From positions 1-64,000 of the forward strand of contig JAVZJR010000004.1 of NCBI GenBank assembly GCA_038870635.1: DNA of 64,000 nt, read 5' to 3'. A program made the translations under genes and the position numbers. The notes under the pieces were generated by a model, which was not told the DNA's origin, made no database searches, and was given only the letters and a program-made list of their open reading frames with translations. Positions 30,291 through 39,112 of the stretch are shown piece after piece; position 1 is the first letter of the stretch; every line of letters begins with the position of its first letter. The stretch is from Candidatus Bilamarchaeaceae archaeon. GTDB taxonomy: Archaea; Micrarchaeota; Micrarchaeia; Anstonellales; Bilamarchaeaceae.

Positions 30291-31108
30291 GCGTAACCAC
30301 CGTTATAACTTATTTTAACTGCTGTTTTTTCATCACATTCCATAAAGAGACTGCTTTTTTTATCTATTGCTTCTAAAGGAACGTTTTCAATAAGTAAGAA
30401 ATTCAATTTTTTCCCATCTTTTTCTGAGTTTATTATATTTATTACACCGTATGATTCATTTTCAACAACCCTTACGCTTTTTATAATGCTTAAAAATTTT
30501 TCTAATGAGAAATTGGCCATATTTTCTCGTTTTTCTAATATTTTAGAATTAGATAGTTTTTCCAGTATGTTTTTTGTTATATCTTTTTCAAGTGGTAGCA
30601 CCATATCACTCGAAAGAACTTCTATTAGTTTTTTTACTTTTTGTTTTTCATCTTCATTAAGTAACATATATGGTTGGGCCTTTTCATAAAATATAGAGTA
30701 ATTTCTTTCATTTTTTATGCTACACGTATTGTCCATTTTTTGTATTTTTTTCTCAACCATCATAACTGCCGTTAATTTTAGTTTTAGAACATCGCTTATC
30801 TCTTTTTGGTTTCCTTGGGCGTATGGTATCAAATCGATTCCATAATTATTTTTCGTTTCAACTATTTTTTTGTACGTTTCTTCATCTACGATTACAGATT
30901 TTTTTGCGTATTGAATTTTTATACTCCCATAAGGGCTGTTGCATCTTACAACATCTATGATGCCATCATTTTTTTGGCATAGTAAATTTATTTTTTTTTC
31001 TTTAGCTGTTTCTTTCTCTTTAAACATCGCCAGTTCATCTTTTTTATTTTGCTGGTTTGGCTCTTTTATGTTGTTCTTTTTGCTAAAAAACCGCTTGAAT
31101 ATGCACAT
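30266..31108 (-). CDS. hypothetical protein
   Basis: 280-aa ORF co-oriented with its neighbours; no motif recognised. Confidence 0.6.
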   Translation of the reverse strand: MCIFKRFFSKKNNIKEPNQQNKKDELAMFKEKETAKEKKINLLCQKNDGIIDVVRCNSPYGSIKIQYAKKSVIVDEETYKKIVETKNNYGIDLIPYAQGNQKEISDVLKLKLTAVMMVEKKIQKMDNTCSIKNERNYSIFYEKAQPYMLLNEDEKQKVKKLIEVLSSDMVLPLEKDITKNILEKLSNSKILEKRENMANFSLEKFLSIIKSVRVVENESYGVINIINSEKDGKKLNFLLIENVPLEAIDKKSSLFMECDEKTAVKISYNGGYAWIVLYRD

Positions 31109-31140
31109 GTTGTATTATATGTATAAATAAGATTATAAAT

Positions 31141-32352
31141 TTACCTATTTTTATACCTTAAAAATGCTCCTATGCCTAAAAATCCGTGAAGAAACTGTGC
31201 CCCTTCTGCAGTATTTGTTGATATTATCTCAACTGGTATTTGTTGTTCTCGTGCAAGAGCCTCCAAATCATCAATAAGATCCTTAACATCAACTAATTTT
31301 CCTTCTCCTCCGCACGAGCATTTTGTGTTTTCAGCTGGTTTATCTCTTGTGATTACTCTGATTTCTTGATTACAAGAGCTGCATTTATAGTTAGCTATTT
31401 TATAATCCAATCCTTCTGAAAGCAAAACTCTTTCTGCTTGTTTCGTTATTATTGCTTCTCGTACTTCTTTTTCACCATAAGTTGCAAGCCCATCACTTAC
31501 GACTTCTTTTATGAATTGTGTCACAATGTTTTTTTCTCTTACTGTTTCTTGTTGAGCAAGTAACTGCTCGCTTTTTGCTATGACTTCTTGTACGCCATAT
31601 TCGTCCGTATATCCAGTATCTACAACTCCTATTATTTTTATTTGATAATTAAACGGCTTCTCACGTAAAAAATTTTCTTTTACCGGACCCGGACCGCCTA
31701 CAATAACACCTTTTACTTTATCTAAGAAGTGCGTATCCATTTTTTCTCCAACATGTTTATAATAATACTCTATACTCTCTTCGCGCAATCGTTCAAACCT
31801 TCTGGCACTCTGCCCTCCTTTTCTTACTTTTGCGTGCGCCATGGACGTAACGCGATCAACTATTTTCACTTCTGTTCCTTTCATAATCGCGAGTGTGGCC
31901 TCTCTTCCATCCATAACCACAATGCCATAAGAATCCTTTGAACCAAGCATTCTTTGAAGTGGTTCTAAGAAAAACCGACTATCGCATCTATATATGCCTA
32001 CTTTTAGTGGTTCTGGTGGCTCTAACGAAAAAAGTTGAATGTCAACTTTAGCAGGATTATCGGAAACATTCCCTGCAAATACTGCAAGACCATTTTGCGG
32101 TGTTTGTTTAAATATTTTTAAATGGCCGATTATTCTTTCAAGCGCACCTATTACATTTGTTCTCGTAGTTTTTGACTTAATATTACTAGCTTGACTCATT
32201 TCTTGTCTCAGTTTATTTCCCATATCATGTATTGGCGAACCTGCCGGAATATATACTGATATAAGTTCAGTGCCGTTTCCTGAGTATGAAGAAAGTTGCT
32301 TTATCCATTTTTTCAACTGATAAGTTTTTTCGCTTTCTGTTTCTTCGCCCAT
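31141..32352 (-). CDS. prf1: peptide chain release factor aRF1
   Basis: GTELIS, NIKS, YRCD, GGQS motifs; CxxC..CxC in the C-domain. Confidence 0.97.
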   Translation of the reverse strand: MGEETESEKTYQLKKWIKQLSSYSGNGTELISVYIPAGSPIHDMGNKLRQEMSQASNIKSKTTRTNVIGALERIIGHLKIFKQTPQNGLAVFAGNVSDNPAKVDIQLFSLEPPEPLKVGIYRCDSRFFLEPLQRMLGSKDSYGIVVMDGREATLAIMKGTEVKIVDRVTSMAHAKVRKGGQSARRFERLREESIEYYYKHVGEKMDTHFLDKVKGVIVGGPGPVKENFLREKPFNYQIKIIGVVDTGYTDEYGVQEVIAKSEQLLAQQETVREKNIVTQFIKEVVSDGLATYGEKEVREAIITKQAERVLLSEGLDYKIANYKCSSCNQEIRVITRDKPAENTKCSCGGEGKLVDVKDLIDDLEALAREQQIPVEIISTNTAEGAQFLHGFLGIGAFLRYKNR

Positions 32353-32370
32353 GTTTTAAAACCTCAGCAT

Positions 32371-32922
32371 TTAAGAAAGTATTTCTACTCTTCCGTCTTC
32401 AAAGTAATATTTCATAACAACTATTTTTAGCTTTCCTTCATCAACTAATTTTTTTACAATTTTGCTTTTTTTCATTATACAGTTTACTACTCCTTTTGCA
32501 TTTTCAACAGAAGCGTTTTCTACCTCATTTTGATTAGTATGCTTTTTTATTTCATCTACGATGTCTTTTATATGTCCTTCACAATGTCCACCGCCGCATG
32601 CCGCAGTAACCGCACCGCATTTTTCATGCGCTAAGATAATAAGTAGGGGGGTGTGGAGGTGCTCTACACCGTATTCTATAGTACCAAGACATACATTATC
32701 CACTACATTACCTGCTGTTCTTATTACAAATATTTCACCTAAGTTTCTGTTAAATATAAATTCTGGGACTACCCTAGAATCACTGCAGGAAACTATTGTC
32801 GCAAATGGCTTTTGGCCTTGCTTAGATGCTTCGCGTGCAGCCCCAACATCAAAACAGACTTTTCCATTCCTATAAACTTTGTTTCCTTCTAAAAGCTTGT
32901 TTAGAGCTTCGTCAGCGTTCAT
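32371..32922 (-). CDS. beta-class carbonic anhydrase
   Basis: CSDSRV, RTAGN, HEKCGAV Zn ligands. Confidence 0.93.
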   Translation of the reverse strand: MNADEALNKLLEGNKVYRNGKVCFDVGAAREASKQGQKPFATIVSCSDSRVVPEFIFNRNLGEIFVIRTAGNVVDNVCLGTIEYGVEHLHTPLLIILAHEKCGAVTAACGGGHCEGHIKDIVDEIKKHTNQNEVENASVENAKGVVNCIMKKSKIVKKLVDEGKLKIVVMKYYFEDGRVEILS

Positions 32923-32995
32923 ACACTCTCCTCTTTTTTGCTTTTGTTAGTTTAATTATAGAGAAGTTTTAAATTTATAACTATGAAAGAAATCT

Positions 32996-33895
32996 ATGAC
33001 AAACTTTCAGAGCAGTGTAAATAAATCTGAACTAATGGCATCTTATTCAAAACATCCTCCGTACAATTTTAGTTCTTTAGAAAATGAAGTGGAGCGGTCT
33101 TTTGAAAAATTATTAACTTATATAAAAAATAAGAAAATAATAACTAGTTCGTTATCAACTTTTATAAATAAAGCATTGGTTTTCTCAATAATAACAAATG
33201 AAATAAGCAGAGAGAAAAAAAAGGGTGATACTCCACAAAGCGCTGCAATGAGGTCAATAAAGTCTTTCAAGAAATTTTTGGCAACTAATGGAAACATAAT
33301 GCCAATAGGTTCAAGAGATCAATACCTAAGCATCGGTCCCTTTCAATTTAAAAAGGAGATATATGAAAAAATAGCTGCTAAATATGGAGGTGTGATAGAA
33401 CCAAAGTTTGAAAATGCAAAGTTAAGCGACCACATAATTGCTTTCTATCTTCTTGCATCTGATAATCTGAAAATTTTTGAGAGATTATTTTTATCAAAAA
33501 GTAAGAAACTCACCAAAATGCTTGAGAAAGCAGATCAAAAGTCTAAACAAAGATTTATAGTTGTTTTAATTTCTTCCATGCATAACGCAGGATATGATAA
33601 TATCTTGAAAGTTTTAGGAGAGGGTTTAGGGGACGTGCAAAAATATAAAGTGAGTACCTATCCTGACAGAAAACCACATCCGAATGGATATTGGGATATA
33701 GACATTAAAAGTATAAATGATAAGACGCTTGATCTAGTAGTGAGCAAAATGATACATCATTCACGATTACAAAAAGCAGGTAGTATCACCGCCCCTTATA
33801 TGGAGATGCTAGATGCTCTCTACGAGAAGTATACAGAGATATTTAAAGGTCGAAATACTTTTGTAGGTGCATTATTAATTAAAAGAAATAAGTAG
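32996..33895 (+). CDS. hypothetical protein, possible lysozyme-like (transglycosylase) fold
   Basis: helix-E 'IITNEIS', 'SIGPFQF' and 'SMHNAG' occur in the order expected for SLT/lysozyme motifs. Confidence 0.5.
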   Translation: MTNFQSSVNKSELMASYSKHPPYNFSSLENEVERSFEKLLTYIKNKKIITSSLSTFINKALVFSIITNEISREKKKGDTPQSAAMRSIKSFKKFLATNGNIMPIGSRDQYLSIGPFQFKKEIYEKIAAKYGGVIEPKFENAKLSDHIIAFYLLASDNLKIFERLFLSKSKKLTKMLEKADQKSKQRFIVVLISSMHNAGYDNILKVLGEGLGDVQKYKVSTYPDRKPHPNGYWDIDIKSINDKTLDLVVSKMIHHSRLQKAGSITAPYMEMLDALYEKYTEIFKGRNTFVGALLIKRNK

Positions 33896-33907
33896 TGTGT
33901 GGTTTTT

Positions 33908-34288
33908 ATGAAAACTTATGCAAAGGGTAGTCGCGCAGAAAGGGAACTCATAATTTTTTTTTCATCTAATGGTTTCTCAGTAATCCGCGCTGCCGGTAGT
34001 GGTGTTTCTTCCCTTTGCCCAGACCTTCTTGCTTTTCGAAGGGGAATTCATTATGCTTTTGAATCAAAAGCAGTTGAAAGTGACTACCTTAGTATAGATA
34101 AAGAGCAGTTTCTCAATCATAAAAAGTGGGAGGATAATACGGGCATAACAACTTATATCGCTTGGAGAAGAAATCGCGAGGATTGGATTTTTCTTCCACT
34201 TTGTATTTTTGATGAAAATGAAAAATCATTCTCAATATCTTGGGAAAAAGCGAAGATGATTGGTAAGAAAAAAGAAGAATTGGTTTAG
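33908..34288 (+). CDS. hjc: Holliday junction resolvase Hjc
   Basis: KGSRAERELI, GFSVIRAAGSG, PDLLA, FESK. Confidence 0.93.
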   Translation: MKTYAKGSRAERELIIFFSSNGFSVIRAAGSGVSSLCPDLLAFRRGIHYAFESKAVESDYLSIDKEQFLNHKKWEDNTGITTYIAWRRNREDWIFLPLCIFDENEKSFSISWEKAKMIGKKKEELV

Positions 34289-35566
34289 GTGATTTTCTTG
34301 ACAGAATTAAAAAGAGCACTTGGTCTTTTAGAAGTGACGCTTGCAGGGGTGGGCATAATTTTAGGTGCTGGGATATATGCTCTTATAGGAAAGGCAGCCG
34401 GCTTGGCAGGAAATGGCATTTGGATGTCCTTTTTAATAGGTGCTATAGTTGCCGCTCTTTCTGGTTTAACATATGCTGAACTTTCTTCGATTTTTCCAAA
34501 GGCAGGAGCAGAATACGAGTATACAAGAAACGCTTTTGGAAAAAGGCTTGCTTTTATAGTTGGATGGTTAATAACTTTTAGTGGTATTGTTTCTGCCACC
34601 ACCGTGGCACTTGGTTTTGCTGGTTATTTCAGTGCAATGTTTGGCACGCCTATTCTTTTAGCAGGCATAGTATTGATTTTATTGCTTGGCGCGGTTATGT
34701 TATATGGTGTAAAAGAATCTGCATGGCTTGCTAACATAGGTACCTTAGTTGAAGCAAGCGGTTTACTCCTAATAATAATTTTTGCCATTCCTTTTTTTGG
34801 AAAAGTGGATTATTTTTCTATTCCATCTCCAGAGGGTGTTTTTTCGGCTGCAGCCTTAATATTTTTTGCTTATATCGGTTTTGGGGAAATAACCAGAATG
34901 GCAGAAGAAACAAAAAATCCAACTAAAGATATCCCTATCGGTCTTTTATTAGCTATAGCAATAACTACAGTGTTGTATATTTTAGTTGGTCTTGCCTCTA
35001 TAAGCGTTGTGCCTGCTGAAAAACTTGCAGTATCGCATTCTCCTCTTGCAGATGTTATTTCAGTGACAATAGGAAAGGAGGCATTTTTTTGGTTTAGTAT
35101 AATCGCACTTTTTGCTACAGGTAATACTGTTCTTCTCGTTATGATGGCAACTTCTCGTTTGATTTATGGTATGGCTTCGACAGGTGCATTCCCAAAATTT
35201 TTAGCAGTAGTTCATTCTACACGCCAAACCCCATGGATGGCGATTATATTTAGTGTTATGTTATCAATTTTGTTCTTCTTTGTTGGTGGAATAGAAAAAG
35301 TGGCTGCTATTTCTAATTTAACCGTCTATATAACTTTTATAGCGATAAATCTCGCCCTTATCAAACTAAGATACAGTGCACCTGATCTTCCACGACCTTT
35401 TAAAGTTCCCTTTAGTATTGGCAAGATGCCTGTTTTGCCTCTTCTCTCTATTGGTTCTTGCTTGTTTATGATTGCTAATGTTGAGGTAGATGCATTGATT
35501 TACGGTTTAGGGCTGACAGTGTTGGGAATTGTTGTTTTGTTACTATTAAAAATAGATGAAAAATAA
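34289..35566 (+). CDS. APC family amino acid permease
   Basis: GIILGAGIY, YAELSS.FP.AG.EY, FAYIGF, EE.KNP, RPFKVP; about 12 TM. Confidence 0.93.
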   Translation: MIFLTELKRALGLLEVTLAGVGIILGAGIYALIGKAAGLAGNGIWMSFLIGAIVAALSGLTYAELSSIFPKAGAEYEYTRNAFGKRLAFIVGWLITFSGIVSATTVALGFAGYFSAMFGTPILLAGIVLILLLGAVMLYGVKESAWLANIGTLVEASGLLLIIIFAIPFFGKVDYFSIPSPEGVFSAAALIFFAYIGFGEITRMAEETKNPTKDIPIGLLLAIAITTVLYILVGLASISVVPAEKLAVSHSPLADVISVTIGKEAFFWFSIIALFATGNTVLLVMMATSRLIYGMASTGAFPKFLAVVHSTRQTPWMAIIFSVMLSILFFFVGGIEKVAAISNLTVYITFIAINLALIKLRYSAPDLPRPFKVPFSIGKMPVLPLLSIGSCLFMIANVEVDALIYGLGLTVLGIVVLLLLKIDEK

Positions 35567-35570
35567 AAAA

Positions 35571-36167
35571 TTAGTAAGTTTCGCACTTTATCATATAATA
35601 ACTTCTATCGTGGTCGCACGATGGACATTTTTCTGGCGGTGTTGGCCCTTCATGTACATACCCACACTTCATGCAGACCCATTGTACTTTTTCTGATTTT
35701 TTAAAGACAGTTCCGTTTTTCACTTGCTCTATAAGTTTGAGATATCTTTCTTCATGATGTCCCTCTGCTATCGCTATTGCTCTTAATCTTTTTGCAACAT
35801 CTGGAAAACCTTCTTTTTGTGCAATATCTGCAAATTGAGGATACATTTTTGTGCGCTCATAATTTTCACCTGCAATTGCTGCAGCGAGATTCTCTACTGT
35901 TTTTCCTATAACGTGAGGTACTGGTGCATTGGTTACTAAAATATCTTTTTCCATTTTTACTCCTGCTTTTTCTGCCACCATATTAAGCATTTTCATATTC
36001 CACTCTGCATGTTCTAATTCGTTTTCTGCTGTTAAAAGGAATAGTTCGCTTATTTGCTGGTACCCTTCTTTACGGGCAATGCTTGCATACATAGTGTATC
36101 TATTTCTGGCCATGCTTTCTCCTATGAAAGCTGCCGCCAAATTCTCTAATGTTTTATAATCTGACAT
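35571..36167 (-). CDS. rbr: rubrerythrin
   Basis: GESMARNRY, ExxH pairs, C-terminal CMKCG...CPSC rubredoxin domain. Confidence 0.95.
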   Translation of the reverse strand: MSDYKTLENLAAAFIGESMARNRYTMYASIARKEGYQQISELFLLTAENELEHAEWNMKMLNMVAEKAGVKMEKDILVTNAPVPHVIGKTVENLAAAIAGENYERTKMYPQFADIAQKEGFPDVAKRLRAIAIAEGHHEERYLKLIEQVKNGTVFKKSEKVQWVCMKCGYVHEGPTPPEKCPSCDHDRSYYMIKCETY

Positions 36168-36350
36168 AAAACCACCTCTATAATATTTACTGTTTCTTTT
36201 TAAAATATTTGTATGTTTAGAAGTGATTTAAAGAGTTAAAATACGAATATTTAAAAAAACGATGTTCAATTATATTATGGTTCAGAAAATTGAATACAGC
36301 AGAATTAAAAACAAAAATCCTCTAAATAAATCTTTAAAAAATAATTTTCA

Positions 36351-38009
36351 CTAACCTATTGTTCTAACTAGTTCCGTCTCTTTTTCGCTAAGTTCAATAA
36401 AATACTCATCCCTCAATATAATTAATGCGTTTATTATATCCCGTGTACAATTTGGTCCTTTTTTACCTAACCAACCAATTAAATTTTGTTTTATCTCTTC
36501 TGCTTCTTTTTTTTCTAATCTAACACGGCAGAATATAAGACCACATGCACATCTAGCATAATATTTATCATTTTTATTTATTTTTTCCATTACTTTTTTG
36601 AATATCTTTATCGCTTCTTCTTTATTACCTGAGTCTTTTAGTGCGTATCCTTTTATTAGCAGTGTTTTAATATACGTGTCGTCCCATTCTTTTTTGCTCT
36701 CTCTTTTTCTTTTTATTATCATATCGCTTATATCAATAACAGTTTGGTAATCTTTTTTCTTTCTTAGGGCTTCAAGGAGGCGAGCGACTACTTCATCATT
36801 GCATTTTATATTGTCGTCTTGTGCATCTAAAATGAAATTTATCACTTTATCGTACTCTTTATTATTATAATAAATATTTGTCATTGCAATATAAATATGA
36901 GGATTGTTAAATTCTTTTTTAGCATCTTCAAAAACTTTTTCTGCTTGGTTAATTTCTTTTATTTTACCATAAAAATTTATTAGCGTGATGTACGCTTTTT
37001 CATCTTTTTTTTGCATTGCTAGAATTTCTTCAGCTATTTTCTTTGCTTCTTCTATTTTGTCATTTTTTTCGTAAAGCATAACCATCAATGTGTGGTCAAC
37101 TATGTCAGCTTTGCCATTTTCTTTCATTTCTTTGAATATTTCTTCAGCTTTCTTTATGTTTTTTTGATTATACGCTAATTTTAATAGCCCTTTATGAGTA
37201 CATTCCCCTATACCACTTTTTTTTAATCTTTCAAGAATTTCGATAGCTTCCTCGCACATATTATTTTTTATGTACGCTTCGGCCATTGTTGTGTATATTT
37301 TTTCATCGCCTTTATATGCTGCACCAGCGAAAAAAACTCTTGTTGCGTCCACTATTCGTCCCTCTTTTCCATAAAGTTCTATCAATTTTGTATCTATATT
37401 TTTGTCATTTTTTTTATCCTCTACTGCCATTTCTAGTATTGAAATGGCCTTCTCTCTTCTCCCATTTTTTTCTTCATATTGTGAGAGAATAGTGTATATT
37501 TTTGGGCTAATCAAATTTTTCTTTCGTGCTTCAGAGAATATTTCATAAGCTTTTTCTATTTCGTCATTCTTTATGTATGCTATAATCAGTGTACTATAAA
37601 CAATAGAAATCTCTTTTATTGTGGTAGCGTAATCGAATATTACTCTTGCTGCCGCTGTTTTTCCTCTCATTCCATATATTTTTATAAGATTTACAAGTAA
37701 ATGGATGTTGAGGGGATTTTCTTCTATGCCTTCCCATAATAATTTTTCAGCATCTTCATAGCAATTTTGTTTAATGAGTTCCGTGACGTTTTTTACAATA
37801 CTCTTTGTTTTTTCTTTTTTTTCTATTATTTCATTTTCGCTTTTTATTACTTCCTCTCTTATTTTTTGCGGCAGCGCGTCCTTGTTTGTGTAAATTTTTT
37901 CGATTAGTTCATTTCTTCTTTTAATTACCATTACTCGCGAACTATCGTTAGACAAATTCATTTTTTTAGAATCAGAATTATTCTCACGTAGAATACTATC
38001 GCACCCCAT
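36351..38009 (-). CDS. PPR-like/TPR helical repeat protein
   Basis: At least 8 tandem 33-34 aa repeats such as IVYSTLIIAYIKNDEIEKAYEIFSEARKKN and KAYITLINFYGKIKEINQAEKVFEDAKK. Confidence 0.8.
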   Translation of the reverse strand: MGCDSILRENNSDSKKMNLSNDSSRVMVIKRRNELIEKIYTNKDALPQKIREEVIKSENEIIEKKEKTKSIVKNVTELIKQNCYEDAEKLLWEGIEENPLNIHLLVNLIKIYGMRGKTAAARVIFDYATTIKEISIVYSTLIIAYIKNDEIEKAYEIFSEARKKNLISPKIYTILSQYEEKNGRREKAISILEMAVEDKKNDKNIDTKLIELYGKEGRIVDATRVFFAGAAYKGDEKIYTTMAEAYIKNNMCEEAIEILERLKKSGIGECTHKGLLKLAYNQKNIKKAEEIFKEMKENGKADIVDHTLMVMLYEKNDKIEEAKKIAEEILAMQKKDEKAYITLINFYGKIKEINQAEKVFEDAKKEFNNPHIYIAMTNIYYNNKEYDKVINFILDAQDDNIKCNDEVVARLLEALRKKKDYQTVIDISDMIIKRKRESKKEWDDTYIKTLLIKGYALKDSGNKEEAIKIFKKVMEKINKNDKYYARCACGLIFCRVRLEKKEAEEIKQNLIGWLGKKGPNCTRDIINALIILRDEYFIELSEKETELVRTIG

Positions 38010-38067
38010 ATAATTTTACTTATTACAACTAAAAATGTTTTTAAATGTTTATTTTATATATTCACTC

Positions 38068-38313
38068 ATGAAATTGTACTCTGTTTTATTTTTGGTTTTA
38101 GGTTTGCTTGTTTCTGTAGTAGTGGCGGAAAGTTGCGTTTCGAGTAGTGATTGCCCTGATGGTTCATACTGCTCCTATGGATACTGTGTTCCTTACTCGA
38201 GTAGCGGTTATGGGGATTATTACGACAGCAGTTCAAACACCACTTGCTGCTGTGGTGCTGCTTTAATATTACTTGGCCTCGTTGGAGCAATTTTTTATAA
38301 CGCAAAAAGATAA
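38068..38313 (+). CDS. small secreted Cys-rich protein with C-terminal anchor
   Basis: Signal peptide, C-x4-DC-x4-YC-x4-C module, S/Y linker, CCCG + TM + basic tail. Confidence 0.7.
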   Translation: MKLYSVLFLVLGLLVSVVVAESCVSSSDCPDGSYCSYGYCVPYSSSGYGDYYDSSSNTTCCCGAALILLGLVGAIFYNAKR

Positions 38314-38942
38314 TGATGCAGCTCAAAAAAATTCTTCAAAAACTTAAACGGTCAGCGGTAGCTAAAATTGTAAAGCGGCGCATCCGCTCTTTTAAAAATT
38401 TTAGAAAAAAAAGCGAGAAAGAAATTTTCAAGGAATTGTGCTTCTGCATTCTCACGGCTAATTACAATGCTAAAGGAGCAATCAGAATACAGAAAAAAAT
38501 TGATGATGGTTTTATACTTCTAACACAAAAAAAACTTGCAAGTGCTTTGAGAAAGTTGGGCCATCGTTTTCCAAATACCCGCGCTGCTTATATTTGTGAG
38601 AATAGAAAATATCTCTCTTGTTTGAAATCTATATTTAATTTTAATGATGGTAAAAGCGCACGCGAGTGGCTTGTTAAAAACATTAAGGGGCTGGGTTATA
38701 AAGAAGCAAGTCATTTCTTACGAAACATAGGTTTTGATGATGTTGCCATAATTGATTTTCATATAATTGATGTACTCTCGCGTTATAAAATGATAAAAAA
38801 ACCTACATCTAAATCACTCTCAAAAAAAACCTATTACGACATAGAAAAAAAAGTAGAAGAGCTGGCCAAAGAAACTAATGTTCCTCTTTCTGAGCTTGAC
38901 TTGTACCTGTGGTATTTGGAAACTGATAAAATTTTTAAATAA
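38313..38942 (+). CDS. ogg: 8-oxoguanine DNA glycosylase/AP lyase (Ogg2 type)
   Basis: ELCFCILTAN, HRFPNTRA, HhH IKGLGYKEASHFLRN, AIIDFH, C-terminal Lys. Confidence 0.93.
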   Translation: MMQLKKILQKLKRSAVAKIVKRRIRSFKNFRKKSEKEIFKELCFCILTANYNAKGAIRIQKKIDDGFILLTQKKLASALRKLGHRFPNTRAAYICENRKYLSCLKSIFNFNDGKSAREWLVKNIKGLGYKEASHFLRNIGFDDVAIIDFHIIDVLSRYKMIKKPTSKSLSKKTYYDIEKKVEELAKETNVPLSELDLYLWYLETDKIFK

Positions 38943-38944
38943 AA

Positions 38945-39054
38945 AGCTGGGTAAGGGAATCGAACCCCTCTCTACCGCTCTCAGCAAATCATTGGCTTTT
39001 AGCCTCAGAAGAGCGATACTGCAGGCGGCCGCATAACCGATCTGCCAACCCAGC
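38945..39054 (-). tRNA. tRNA-Cys(GCA) with 39-nt intron at 37/38 (intron 38980-39018)
   Basis: GCTGGGT/ACCCAGC acceptor stem, U73, GCCGC-CTGCAG[intron]A-GCGGT, AGGGG-TTCGATT-CCCTT; BHB central helix CTGC/GCTG (3 of 4 pairs). Confidence 0.95.
38980..39018 (-). ncRNA. putative intron-encoded minimal box C'/D' (K-turn) 2'-O-methylation guide
   Basis: UAUCGCUCUU-CUGA-GGCU-AAA-AGCC-AAU-GAU; the guide is complementary to tRNA-Cys nt 36-44 and its +5 position is G39. Confidence 0.6.
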
Positions 39055-39112
39055 AAAAAGTATATCTAATAATATATTTACAATTAAAAATATTGCTGTT
39101 GCTTTTATTTTT

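Noticed and set aside
38981..38984. Second CUGA near the 3' end of the tRNA-Cys intron as a functional D box
   Set aside because: No partner C box or guide complementarity was found; it is explained by the BHB central helix pairing with nt 32-35.
38820..39056. 78-aa minus-strand ORF
   Set aside because: It is the tRNA-Cys gene read in frame plus antisense ogg.
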